DNA from: the human T2T-CHM13v2.0 reference genome, Homo sapiens
Reading direction: 5' to 3' (one strand)
NCBI RefSeq assembly: GCF_009914755.1
Contig: NC_060933.1
DNA: 64,000 nucleotides
A program made the position numbers and the translations under genes. Positions 28,201-49,475 of the stretch are shown piece after piece. The stretch's first letter is position 1, and each line of letters starts with the position of its first letter. The notes below the pieces were generated by a model. That model searched no databases and was not told the DNA's origin. It saw nothing but the letters and a program-made list of their open reading frames with translations.

Positions 28201-31200
28201 TAAAAACAACTAATATACACCCATATGATGAGTAAAAACAACTAATATACAGTCATATGATGAGTAAAAACAACTAATATACACTCATATGATGAGTAAA
28301 AACAACTAATATACACCCATATGATGAGTAAAAACAACTAATATACACCCATATGATGAGTAAAAACAACTAATATACACCCATATGATGAGTAAAAACA
28401 ACGAATAAACACCCATATGATGAGTAAAAACAACTAATATACACTCATATGATGAGTAAAAACAACGAATATACACTCATATGATGAGTAAAAACAACTA
28501 ATATACACTCATATGATGAGTAAAAACAACTAATATACACTCATATGATGAGTAAAAACAACTAATATACACTCATATGATGAGTAAAAACAACTAATAT
28601 ACACTCATATGATGAGTAAAAACAACTAATATACACCCATATGATGAGTAAAAACAACTAATATACACCCACATGATGAGTAAAAACAACGAATAAACAC
28701 CCATATGATGAGTAAAAACAACTAATATACACTCATATGATGAGTAAAACAACTAATATACACCCATATGATGAGTAAAAACAACTAATATACACTCATA
28801 TGATGAGCAAAAACAACGAATAAACACCCATATGATGAGTAAAAACAACTAATATACACCCACATGATGAGTAAAAACAACTAATATACACCCATATGAT
28901 GAGTAAAAACAACTAATATACACTCATATGATGAGTAAAAACAACTAATATACACTCATATGATGAGTAAAAACAACGAATATACACTCATATGATGAGT
29001 AAAAACAACTAATATACACTCATATGATGAGTAAAAACAACTAATATACACTCATATGATGAGTAAAAACAACTAATATACACCCATATGATGAGTAAAA
29101 ACAACTAATATACACCCATATGATGAGTAAAAACAACTAATATACACCCACATGATGAGTAAAAACAACGAATAAACACCCATATGATGAGTAAAAACAA
29201 CTAATATACACTCATATGATGAGTAAAAACAACTAATATACACTCATATGATGAGTAAAAACAACGAATATACACTCATATGATGAGTAGAAACAACTAA
29301 TATACACTCATATGATGAGTAAAAACAACTAATATACACTCATATGATGAGTAAAAACAACGAATATACACTCATATGATGAGTAAAAACAACTAATATA
29401 CACTCATATGATGAGTAAAAACAACTAATATACACTCATATGATGAGTAAAAACAACTAATATACACTCATATGATGAGTAAAAACAACTAATATACACC
29501 CACATGATGAGTAAAAACAACGAATAAACACCCACATGATGAGTAAAAACAACGAATAAACACCCATATGATGAGTAAAAACAACTAATATACACTCATA
29601 TGATGAGTAAAAACAACTAATATACACCCATATGATGAGTAAAAACAACTAATATACACTCATATGATGAGTAAAAACAACGAATAAACACCCATATGAT
29701 GAGTAAAAACAACTAATATACACTCATATGATGAGTAAAAACAACTAATATACACTCATATGATGAGTAAAAACAACTAATATACTCCCATATGATGAGT
29801 AAAAACAACTAATATACACCCATATGATGAGTAAAAACAACTAATATACACTCATATGATGAGTAAAAACAACGAATAAACACCCATATGATGAGTAAAA
29901 ACAACTAATATACACTCATATGATGAGTAAAAACAACGAATATAGACTCATATGATGAGTAAAAACAACTAATATACACTCATATGATGAGTAAAAACAA
30001 CGAATATACACTCATATGATGAGTAAAAACAACGAATATACACTCATATGATGAGTAAAAACAACTAATATACACTCATATGATGAGTAAAAACAACTAA
30101 TATACACTCATATGATGAGTAAAAACAACTAATATACACTCATATGATGAGTAAAAACAACTAATATACACTCATATGATGAGTAAAAACAACTAATATA
30201 CACCCATATGATGAGTAAAAACAACTAATATACACCCACATGATGAGTAAAAACAACGAATAAACACCCACATGATGAGTAAAAACAACGAATAAACACC
30301 CATATGATGAGTAAAAACAACTAATATACACTCATATGATGAGTAAAAACAACTAATATACACCCATATGATGAGTAAAAACAACTAATATACACTCATA
30401 TGATGAGTAAAAACAACGAATAAACACCCATATGATGAGTAAAAACAACTAATATACACTCATATGATGAGTAAAAACAACTAATATACACCCATATGAT
30501 GAGTAAAAACAACTAATATACTCCCACATGATGAGTAAAAACAACTAATATACACCCATATGATGAGTAAAAACAACTAATATACACCCACATGATGAGT
30601 AAAAACAACGAATAAACACCCATATGATGAGTAAAAACAACTAATATACACTCATATGATGAGTAAAAACAACGAATATAGACTCATATGATGAGTAAAA
30701 ACAACTAATATACACTCATATGATGAGTAAAAACAACTAATATACACTCATATGATGAGTAAAAACAACTAATATACACCCATATGATGAGTAAAAACAA
30801 CTAATATACACCCACATGATGAGTAAAAACAACGAATAAACACCCATATGATGAGTAAAAACAACTAATATACACTCATATGATGAGTAAAAACAACTAA
30901 TATACACTCATATGATGAGTAAAAACAACGAATATACACTCATATGATGAGTAAAAACAACTAATATACACTCATATGATGAGTAAAAACAACTAATATA
31001 CACTCATATGATGAGTAAAAACAACGAATATACACTCATATGATGAGTAAAAACAACTAATATACACTCATATGATGAGTAAAAACAACTAATATACACT
31101 CATATGATGAGTAAAAACAACTAATATACACTCATATGATGAGTAAAAACAACTAATATACACCCACATGATGAGTAAAAACAACGAACACCCACATGAT

Positions 31201-31405
31201 GAGTAAAAACAACGAATAAACACCCATATGATGAGTAAAAACAACTAATATACACTCATATGATGAGTAAAAACAACGAATAAACACCCATATGATGAGT
31301 AAAAACAACTAATATACACTCATATGATGAGTAAAAACAACTAATATACACTCATATGATGAGTAAAAACAACTAATATACACCTATATGATGAGTAAAA
31401 ACAAA
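22218..31405. repeat. 32-bp AT-rich minisatellite, ~9.2 kb, ~285 units (ATGATGAGTAAAAACAACTAATATACAC[C/T]CAT)
   Basis: Continuous tandem units; 31-bp variants mostly in the left part. Confidence 0.98.
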
Positions 31406-31489
31406 AGTAAAAACAAACACAACTGGTAAATAAAGTAAATATACGGGAAAAAACCAAAGGAAACGGGTCAAAGGGAAGAAACAGACTAG

Positions 31490-34400
31490 TTACACAGGAG
31501 CTACACGGGGCTACACGGGACTACACGGGACTACACGGGGCTACACGGGGCTACACGGGACTACACGGGACTACACGGGGCTACACGGGACTACACAGGG
31601 TCACACGGGACTACACGGGGCTACACGGGGCTACACGGGGCTACACGGGACTACACGGGGCTACACGGGGCTACACGGGACTACACAGGGTCACACGGGA
31701 CTACACGGGACTACACGGGGCTACACGGGGCTACACGGGGCTACACGGGAACTACACGGGAGCTACACGGGACTACACGGGGCTACACGGGACTACACGG
31801 GGCTACACGGGGCTACACGGGAGCTACACGGGACTACACGGGGCTACACGGGGCTACACGGGAGCTACACGGGGCTACACGGGGCTACACGGGGCTACAC
31901 GGGAGCTACACGGGGCTACACGGGGCTACACGGGAGCTACACGGGAGCTACACGGGGCTACACGGGACTACACGGGACTACACGGGGCTACACGGGGCTA
32001 CACGGGAGCTACACGGGGCTACACGGGGCTACACGGGAGCTACACGGGGCTACACGGGGCTACACGGGGCTACACGGGGCTACACGGGAGCTACACGGGA
32101 GCTACACGGGGCTACACGGGAGCTACACGGGAGCTACACGGGGCTACACGGGAGCTACACGGGACTACACAGGGTCACACGGGACTACACGGGACTACAG
32201 GGGACTACACGGGGTCACACGGGACTACACGGGACTACACGGGACTACACGGGACTACACGGGGTCACACGGGACTACACGGGACTACACGGGACTACAC
32301 GGGGTCACACGGGACTACACGGGACTACACGGGGCTACACGGGACTACACGGGGTCACACGGGACTACACGGGACTACACGGGACTACACGGGGTCACAC
32401 GGGACTACACGGGACTACACGGGGCTACACGGGACTACACGGGGTCACACGGGACTACACGGGACTACACGGGACTACACGGGACTACACAGGGTCACAC
32501 GGGACTACACGGGACTACACGGGACTACACGGGGTCACACGGGACTACACGGGGCTACACGGGACTACACGGGGCTACACGGGACTACACAGGGTCACAC
32601 GGGACTACACGGGACTACACGGGACTACACGGGGTCACACGGGACTACACGGGACTACACGGGACTACACGGGACTACACGGGGTCACACGGGACTACAC
32701 GGGACTACACGGGACTACACGGGGTCACACGGGACTACACGGGGCTACACGGGACTACACGGGGTCACACGGGACTACACGGGACTACACGGGACTACAC
32801 GGGGCTACACGGGGTCACACGGGACTACACGGGACTACACGGGGCTACACGGGGTCACACGGGACTACACGGGACTACACGGGACTACACGGGGCTACAC
32901 GGGGTCACACGGGACTACACGGGACTACACGGGGCTACACGGGGCTACACGGGACTACACGGGGTCACACGGGACTACACGGGACTACACGGGGCTACAC
33001 GGGACTACACGGGGCTACACGGGGCTACACGGGACTACACGGGGCTACACGGGGCTACACGGGACTACACGGGGCTACACGGGACTACACGGGGTCACAC
33101 GGGACTACACGGGGTCACACGGGACTACACGGGGCTACACGGGACTACACGGGGCTACACGGGACTACACAGGGTCACACGGGACTACACGGGACTACAC
33201 GGGACTACACGGGGTCACACGGGACTACACGGGGCTACACGGGACTACACGGGACTACACGGGGTCACACGGGACTACACGGGAGTACACGGGGTCACAC
33301 GGGACTACACGGGACTACACGGGGCTACACGGGGTCACACGGGACTACACGGGACTACACGGGGCTACACGGGACTACACGGGGTGACACGGGACTACAC
33401 GGGGCTACACGGGGCTACACGGGACTACACGGGGCTACACGGGGCTACACGGGACTACACGGGGCTACACGGGAGCTACACGGGACTACACGGGGCTACA
33501 CGGGTCTACACGGGACTACACGGGGCTACACGGGAGCTACACGGGACTACACGGGGCTACACGGGGCTACACGGGAGCTACACGGGACTACACGGGGCTA
33601 CACGGGGCTACACGGGAGCTACACGGGACTACACGGGGCTACACGGGGCTACACGGGAGCTACACGGGGCTACACGGGGCTACACGGGACTACACGGGGC
33701 TACACGGGGCTACACGGGAGCTACACGGGACTACACGGGGCTACACGGGGCTACACGGGAGCTACACGGGGCTACACGGGGCTACACGGGGCTACACGGG
33801 ACTACACGGGAGCTACACGGGACTACACGGGGCTACACGGGACTACACGGGGCTACACGGGGCTACACGGGGCTACACGGGACTACACGGGAGCTACACG
33901 GGACTACACGGGACTACACGGGACTACACAGGGTCACACGGGACTACACGGGACTACACGGGACTACACAGGAACTACACAGGGTCACACAGGACTACAC
34001 CGGAGCTACACGGGACTACACAGGACTACACAGGACTATGCAGGACCACACAGGAGCTATACAGGAGCTACACGGGACTACACAGGACTACACGGGACTA
34101 CACCGGAACTACACAGGGTCACACAGGACTACACAGGACTACACAGGAGCTACACAGGACTACACAGGACTACACAGGACTATGCAGGACCACACAGGAG
34201 CTATACAGGAGCTACACGGGACTACACAGGACTACACAGGACTACACAGGACTACACAGGACTATGCAGGACCACACAGGAGCTATACAGGAGCTACACG
34301 GGACTACACAGGACTACACAGGACTACACAGGAGCTACACAGGACTACACAGGACTACACAGGACTACACCGGAGCTACACGGGACTACACAGGAGCTAC

Positions 34401-34978
34401 ACAGGAACTACACAGGAGCTACACAGGGCTCCACAGGAGCTACACAGGAGCTACACAGGAACTACACCGGAGCTACACAGGACTACACCGGAGCTACACG
34501 GGACTACACAGGACTACACAGGACTACACAGGAGCTACACAGGAACTACACAGGACTACACAGGAGCTACACAGGGCTCCACAGGAGCTACACAGGAACT
34601 ACACAGGAACTACACAGGAGCTACACAGGAACTACACCGGAGCTACACGGGACTACACAGGACTACACAGGACTACACAGGAGCTACACAGGAGCTACAC
34701 AGGACTACACAGGAGCTACACAGGGCTCCACAGGACTACACAGGAGCTACACAGGACTACACAGGACTACACAGGAGCTACACAGGACTACAAAGGAGCT
34801 ACACAGGAGCTACACAGGAGCTACACAGGACTACGCAGGACCACACAGGAGCTATACAGGAGCTACACAGGAGCTACACAGGGCTCCACAGGAGCTACAC
34901 AGGACTACACAGGACTACACAGGACTACACAGGACTACACAGGAGCTACACAGGACTACACAGGAGCTACACAGGACT
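31490..34978. repeat. 10/11-bp minisatellite, ~3.5 kb (GGGACTACAC / GGGGCTACAC / GGGGTCACAC / AGGAGCTACAC)
   Basis: Exact 10-bp register at ~32150-33470. Confidence 0.98.
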
Positions 34979-35130
34979 GATGGACTTCTCGAGGGCAACA
35001 ATGGAGCCAAAAGGTAGTGGAGGGTTTTCAAAGTTCTGTAGAGCTACAAGAATAAACCCGGCAACACTCTCTTTCAAGAAAGAGGAAACAGAGCTTATTA
35101 GAAAGGAAAAATGGCCCCAATTAAAGAACA
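34975..35130 (+). mobile_element. Degraded L1 ORF1 C-terminal remnant
   Basis: Translation DFSRATMEPK...RINPATLSFKKEE resembles L1 ORF1p (AD.S.ET.QARR...RISYPAKLSF.SEGE). Confidence 0.65.
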
Positions 35131-36017
35131 AGGAAAATTCATTAACACGAAGGAGTTTGTCATTTCCCAGAGGAAGGTCTGCCATGCAACAAGTGGTCCA
35201 CACATCATCAACACTAAAAGACGTCAAGACCATAAAACAAACATGATAATGTCTAATTTGCAGAATTAAGGAAGACAGCATCGTGTTAACATTCTGGAAG
35301 ATGACAGCAGGGAAGGTATGAAAGACAAGTTGACCCTGCAAACGGAATCCAACAGCACATTAAAGCAATAATTCACCATGACCGAGTGAGTTTCATCCCA
35401 GGGATTCAGGGGGGTTCAACATGTGCCAGTCAGTAAGTTTGATTCATCACCTAAACAGAATTAAAAACAAAAACTACACGATCATCTCAGTAGATGCATA
35501 CAAAGCACTTGACAAAATCTAGCATTGTTTTACGATAAAAATCCTCAACCAACTAGGCTTGGAAGGAACATACCTCAAAATGATAATAGCCATATATGAC
35601 AAACCCGCAGCCAACATCATACTAAATGGGGAAAAGTGGAAACAGTCCCCCTGAGAACTGCAACAAGACAAGGATGCCCTCTCACCCTCCCACACTCACC
35701 CTCCCACCCAACATAGTATTCAAAGTCCTGACCAGAACTATCAGGAAAGACAAGAAAGAGAGGGCATCCAAATGGGAAAACAGGAGGTCAAACTATCTCT
35801 GCCAATGTTATGACTGTATACCTCGAAAACCCTAAAGGCTCCTCCAAAAGACTCCTCGATTTGACAAATGGATTCGGTGAAGTCTCAGGTTACAAAATAA
35901 ATGTGCACAAATCAGTAGCACAACGACCAAGCTGAGAAGGAAACCAAGAACTCAGGCCAGGCGCGGTGGCTCACGCCTGTAATCCCAGCACTTTGGGAGG
36001 CCCAGGTGGGTGGCTCA

Positions 36018-36440
<423 letters not shown>

Positions 36441-36788
36441 TCATGAATTGGAGGAATCGATATTGTGAAATAACCAAACTGCCCAAAGCAATCTATAGAT
36501 TCAGTGCAATTCCTATCAAAGTACCAACATCGTTTTTCACAGCATTAGAAAAAACAATCCTAAAATCTGTATGAACCAAAAAAGAGCCTGAATAGCCAAA
36601 GCAGTCCTAAGGAAAAAGAACGAATCTAGGCCGGGCGCAGTGGCTCACGCCTGTAATCCCAGGACTTTGGGAGGCCGAGGCAGGTGGATCACAAGGTCAG
36701 GAGATCGAGACCAGCCTGGCCGACATGGTGAAACCCCATCTCTACTAAAATACAAAAAATTACCGGGCATGGTAGTGGGCACCTGTAG

Positions 36789-37198
<410 letters not shown>

Positions 37199-37220
37199 TT
37201 ACCCAACTTCAAATTATACT

Positions 37221-37765
37221 TGTGAGGGTTTATATTGAGTGTCAACTGGATTGAAGGATGCAAAGTATTGATCCTGGATGTGTCTGTGGGGGTGTTGCCA
37301 AAGGGGATTCACATTTGAGTCCATGGACGGGGAGAGGCAGACCCACCCTCAGTGGGCACCGTCTAATCAGCTGCCAGTACGGCTAGAATAAAGCACGCAG
37401 GAGAAGATGGAAGAGCAGACTTGCTGAGGCTTCCGGCCCCATCTTTCTCCCGTGCTGGATGCTTCCTGTCCTCGAACATCAGACTCCAAGTTCCTCAGCT
37501 TTTGGACTCTTACACGTACACCAGCGGTTTGCCAGGGGCTCTCGGGCCTTTGGCGGCAGACTGAAGGCTGCACTGCCAGCTTCCCTGCTTTTGAGGTTTT
37601 GGGACTCAGACGGATCCACCACTGGCTTCCTGGCTCCTTAACTTGCAGACGGCCTGGGTGAGACTTCACCTTGTGATCCTGTGAGTCAACTCTCCTTAAT
37701 AAACTTCCTTTCGTATGCACATCTATCCTATCAGTTCTGTCCCTCTAGAGAACCCTGGCTGACAC
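37221..37765 (+). mobile_element. MLT2A-like (ERVL) solo LTR inserted in L1
   Basis: tg...attgagtgtcaactggattgaaggatgcaaagtattgatcctgg start and ctctagagaaccct end; TATAC(T) duplicated on both flanks. Confidence 0.8.
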
Positions 37766-37780
37766 TATACTACAAGGCTC

Positions 37781-38663
<883 letters not shown>

Positions 38664-39210
38664 GTATAGTTACCAAAACAGCATAGTACTGGTATAAAAG
38701 TAGATACATAGACCAATGGGATGGAATAGAGAATCCAGAAATAAAGCCAAATACTTACAATCAACGGATCTTTGACAAAGTATAAATAAACATCCGTTGG
38801 AGAAAAAGACACCCTATCTAGTAAGTGGTGCTGGGAAAACTGGCTAGCCACATGTAGGAGAATGAAACTGGATCCATACCTCTCACCATATACAAAACCC
38901 AGCTCAAGATGGATGAAAGACTTAGATGTAAGACTCGAACCATAAACATTCTAGAAGGAAATCTAGGAAAGCTCTTCTGCACATTGGCTTAAGCAAACAG
39001 TTTTGACTAGAACCACAAAAGCAAATGCAACAAAAACAAAAATAAATAAATGTGACCTAATTCAACTAAAAAGCTTCTGCACAGCAAAAGAAATAATCAT
39101 CAGAGAAAACACCAGCCCACAAGGCCGGTGGCTCACGCCTGTAATGCCAGCACTTTGGGAGGCCGAGGCGGGCGGATCACGAGGTCAGGAGATCGAGACC
39201 ATCCTGGCTA

Positions 39211-39465
<255 letters not shown>

Positions 39466-39890
39466 CTATGCATCTAACGAAGAGGTAATATCAAGAATCT
39501 ACAAGGAACTCAAACAAATCCGCAAGAAAAAAACAAAGAATCCCATCAAAAAATGGGCAAATGACACATGCATAGACATTTCTCAAAAGAAGATATACAG
39601 ATACGCAGCAAACGTGAAAAATCGCTCAACCTCACGAATCATCAGGGAAATGCAAATTAAAACCACAATGAGATACCACCTTGCCCTAGCCAGAATAGAC
39701 ATTATTAAAATGTAAAAAAGACCAGGCGTGGTGGCTCATACCTATAATCCCAGCACTTTGGGAGGCCAAGGCGGGCGGATCACGAGGTCAGGAGTTCGAG
39801 ACCAGCCTGCCCAACAAGGTGAAACCCGGTCTCTGCTAAAAATACAAAAAATTAGCCAGGTGTGGTGGCAGGTGCCTGTAGTCCTAGCTA

Positions 39891-40023
<133 letters not shown>

Positions 40024-40619
40024 TTAGTACAACATCTGTGAAAACAGCATGGAGATTTCTCAAAGAACTAAAAGCAGATCTACCGTGTGCTCCAGCAGTC
40101 CCACTACTGAGTATCTACCCAAAGGAAAAGAAGTCATTATATCAGAAAGACACCTGCGCACATGTTTATCACAGCACAATTCACAACTGCAAAGACATGG
40201 AACTAACCTAAGTATCCATCAAGCAATGAGTGGATTAAAAAAATGTGGTATATATATACCATGGAATACTACTCAGCCGTAAAAAAGAACAAAATAATGT
40301 CTCTGCAGCAACTTGAATGGATCTGGAGGCCATTATTCTAAATAAAGTAACTCAGGAATGGAAAACCAAATACTGCATGTTCTCACTTATAAGTGGGAAC
40401 TAACCTATGGGTACACAAAGGCATGCAGAGTGATATAATGGACACTGGAGGCTCAGAGGTGGGGAGGGCAGGAGGAGGAGTAAGGGATAAAAAGACGACA
40501 TATTGGGTACAATATATACCATTTGGGTGACAGTGCAGTAACGTATCAGACTTCATCATTACACAATTCATCCATGTAACCAAATGCCACTTGTACCCCA
40601 AAAGCTATTGAAATATATG

Positions 40620-45350
<4,731 letters not shown>

Positions 45351-45665
45351 GGCCAAGCTGGGCAGGGTGGCTCACACCTGTAATCCCAGCACTTTGGGAG
45401 GCTGAAGCAGGAGGGTCGCTCGAGGCCAGGAGTTCAAGACCAGCCTGGACAACATAGCGAGATCCTGTCTCCATGAAACATTTTAAACATTAGCTGGGTG
45501 TGGTGGCCTGTGCCTGTGTTCCTGGCTACTCAGGAGGCTGAGTTGGGAGGCTCACTTGAGCCTAGGATGTTGAGGCTGCAGTCAGCTGTGATCACACCAC
45601 TACACTCTAGCCAGACAGAATGAGACCCTGTCTCAAAAAAAGAAAGCAAAAGACTGGACCAGGCA

Positions 45666-47150
45666 TGTGTTAAGGGTCCCCAAGATCATCCTGAGGTGAT
45701 TCAGTGTTACAGGACTCAGCACACAGTCACACTCTGGCTAAGACTCATTACAGTGAATAATACACAGCAATGTCAGCAAAGGGAAAAGGCACATGGGGCC
45801 TCAGGCACCCAGGAAACGGGGCTCAGGCACCAGGAGCCGTCTCCCAGGAGTCAGAGGAAACGGGGCTCAGGCACCAGGAGCCATCTCCCAGGAGTCAGAG
45901 GAAACGGGGCTCAGGCACCAGGAGCCGTCTCCCAGGAGTCAGAGGAAACGGGGCTCAGGCACCAGGAGCCGTCTCCCAGGGGAGTCAGAGGAAACGGGGC
46001 TCAGGCACCAGGAGCCGTCTCCCAGGAGTCAGAGGAAACGGGGCTCAGGCACCAGGAGCCGTCTCCCAGGAGTCAGAGGAAACGGGGCTCAGGCACCAGG
46101 AGCCGTCTCCCAGGGGAGTCAGAGGAAACAGGGCTCAGGCACCAGGAGCCGTCTCCCAGGGGAGTCAGAGGAAACAGGGCTCAGGCACCAGGAGCCGTCT
46201 CCCAGGGGAGTCAGAGGAAACAGGGCTCAGGCACCAGGAGCCGTCTCCCAGGAGTCAGAGGAAACGGGGCTCAGGCACCAGGAGCCGTCTCCCAGGAGTC
46301 AGAGGAAACGGGGCTCAGGCACCAGGAGCCGTCTCCCAGGAGTCAGAGGAAACGGGGCTCAGGCACCAGGAGCCGTCTCCCAGGGGAGTCAGAGGAAACG
46401 GGGCTCAGGCACCAGGAGCCGTCTCCCAGGAGTCAGAGGAAACGGGGCTCAGGCATCAGGAGCCGTCTCCCAGGAGTCAGAGGAAACGGGGCTCAGGCAC
46501 CAGGAGCCGTCTCCCAGGAGTCAGAGGAAACGGGGCTCAGGCACCAGGAGCCGTCTCCCAGGGGAGTCAGAGGAAACGGGGCTCAGGCACCAGGAGCCGT
46601 CTCCCAGGAGTCAGAGGAAACGGGGCTCAGGCACCAGGAGCCGTCTCCCAGGAGTCAGAGGAAACGGGGCTCAGGCACCAGGAGCCGTCTCCCAGGGGAG
46701 TCAGAGGAAACAGGGCTCAGGCACCAGGAGCCGTCTCCCAGGGGAGTCAGAGGAAACAGGGCTCAGGCACCAGGAGCCGTCTCCCAGGAGTCAGAGGAAA
46801 CAGGGCTCAGGCACCAGGAGCCGTCTCCCAGGGGAGTCCTGTAGGATGTGCTTAACTTCTGCATAAGTTGTAATGACATTTGTGAAGTGTTGTCTATCTG
46901 AGAAGTTCATTAGGGACTCATTGCCTGAGGTTTTTACTGGGGGGTGGTCACATTGATACCCTCTGCCTGGCATATACCAAAATTCCAGAGCCCTAGGAGG
47001 AAAGTGATGTCCAGCATACACCACATTGTTTGTAAAGATTAGGAACCGCAAACCACCTTCGTCATTAGGGAAGGTTTATATCAGTCAGGGAACTGTTTCC
47101 CAGCCGAGTTCCCAGCCTTGCAGCCAGGCCTTTCTTAGGGCAGCAGTGGC
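45666..47150. mobile_element. MER21-like LTR split by a VNTR
   Basis: ggtccccaaga...caggactcagc...cagcaaagggaaaaggcacatgggg on the left and ataccaaaattccaga...ccacattgttt on the right, both recalled from MER21. Confidence 0.7.
45797..46838. repeat. 44/46-bp VNTR, ~23 units (GGAGTCAGAGGAAACGGGGCTCAGGCACCAGGAGCCGTCTCCCA[GG])
   Basis: Period 44 measured directly (45901 to 45945); a +GG variant gives 46. Confidence 0.97.
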
Positions 47151-47256
47151 AGCCACGAGACGTTCCACAGAACATAAAGTGCAAATAGCTAGGGAACATA
47201 TGGAAAGATGCTCAACTTCATCAAGAATCACAGAAACGGCCAGGCACGGTGGCTCA

Positions 47257-47577
<321 letters not shown>

Positions 47578-47619
47578 TTACATGGATAGGACTGGCCAAG
47601 TGGACAAAGTTTAATAACA

Positions 47620-48850
<1,231 letters not shown>

Positions 48851-49139
48851 GTGAGTGGCGTGGAACTTCGCTGGCACGTTTCCTGTCCACTTCAGCATCT
48901 GCGGAGGCGGCCAAGGGCTGATACCCCTGCGCTTTCTGGAAGCCTCGGGTTTGCTTTCGAAGACTGTTTCTGACCTCACTCCTGCACAGATACACACTCA
49001 GCTTTTCAGGTTACACTTTTGGGAGTGATCACTTATTCTTAGCATCTTTTGCCATCTGGACAGGATGAGAGTTTCCCAAATCATCAAGTCCTAGTTCCTT
49101 TCTGTTTAAGAGCGCTCCCCTCAGTCCCTCCTGCTCACA

Positions 49140-49475
49140 TTCTATCATAAGCAGCAGGAACAGGCCAGGCTGCACCTTCCACTGTCTGGAGATCTCCTCA
49201 GCTGAATGTCCAGGTCTTCTGCTCACATTTCACCATAAGCAGCAGAAACAGGCCAGGCTGCACCTTCCACTGTCTGGAGATCTCCTCAGCTGAATATCCA
49301 GGTCTTCAGCTCACATTTCACCATAAGCAGCAGAAACAGGCCAGGCTGTACCTTCCACTGTCTGGAGATCTCCTCAGCTGAATGTCCAGGTCTTCTGCTC
49401 ACATTTCACCATAAGCAGCAGAAACAGGCCAGGCTGCACCTTCCACTGTCTGGAGATCCCCTCAGCAGAACACCC
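49140..49475. repeat. 88-bp tandem repeat, ~3.8 copies, in MaLR-internal-like DNA
   Basis: CATAAGCAGC recurs at 49146, 49234, 49322 and 49410. Confidence 0.92.

Noticed and set aside
22218-31405. CRISPR-like look of the 32-bp array
   Set aside because: There are no unique spacers or cas genes; units are head to tail in a primate intron.
22218-31405. Tandem C/D-box snoRNA cluster (ATGATGA matches box C)
   Set aside because: No CTGA D box, the 32-nt unit is too short, and the motif is antisense to the host gene.
45696-46866. Three overlapping ~360-380-aa ORFs
   Set aside because: VNTR read-through in all frames.
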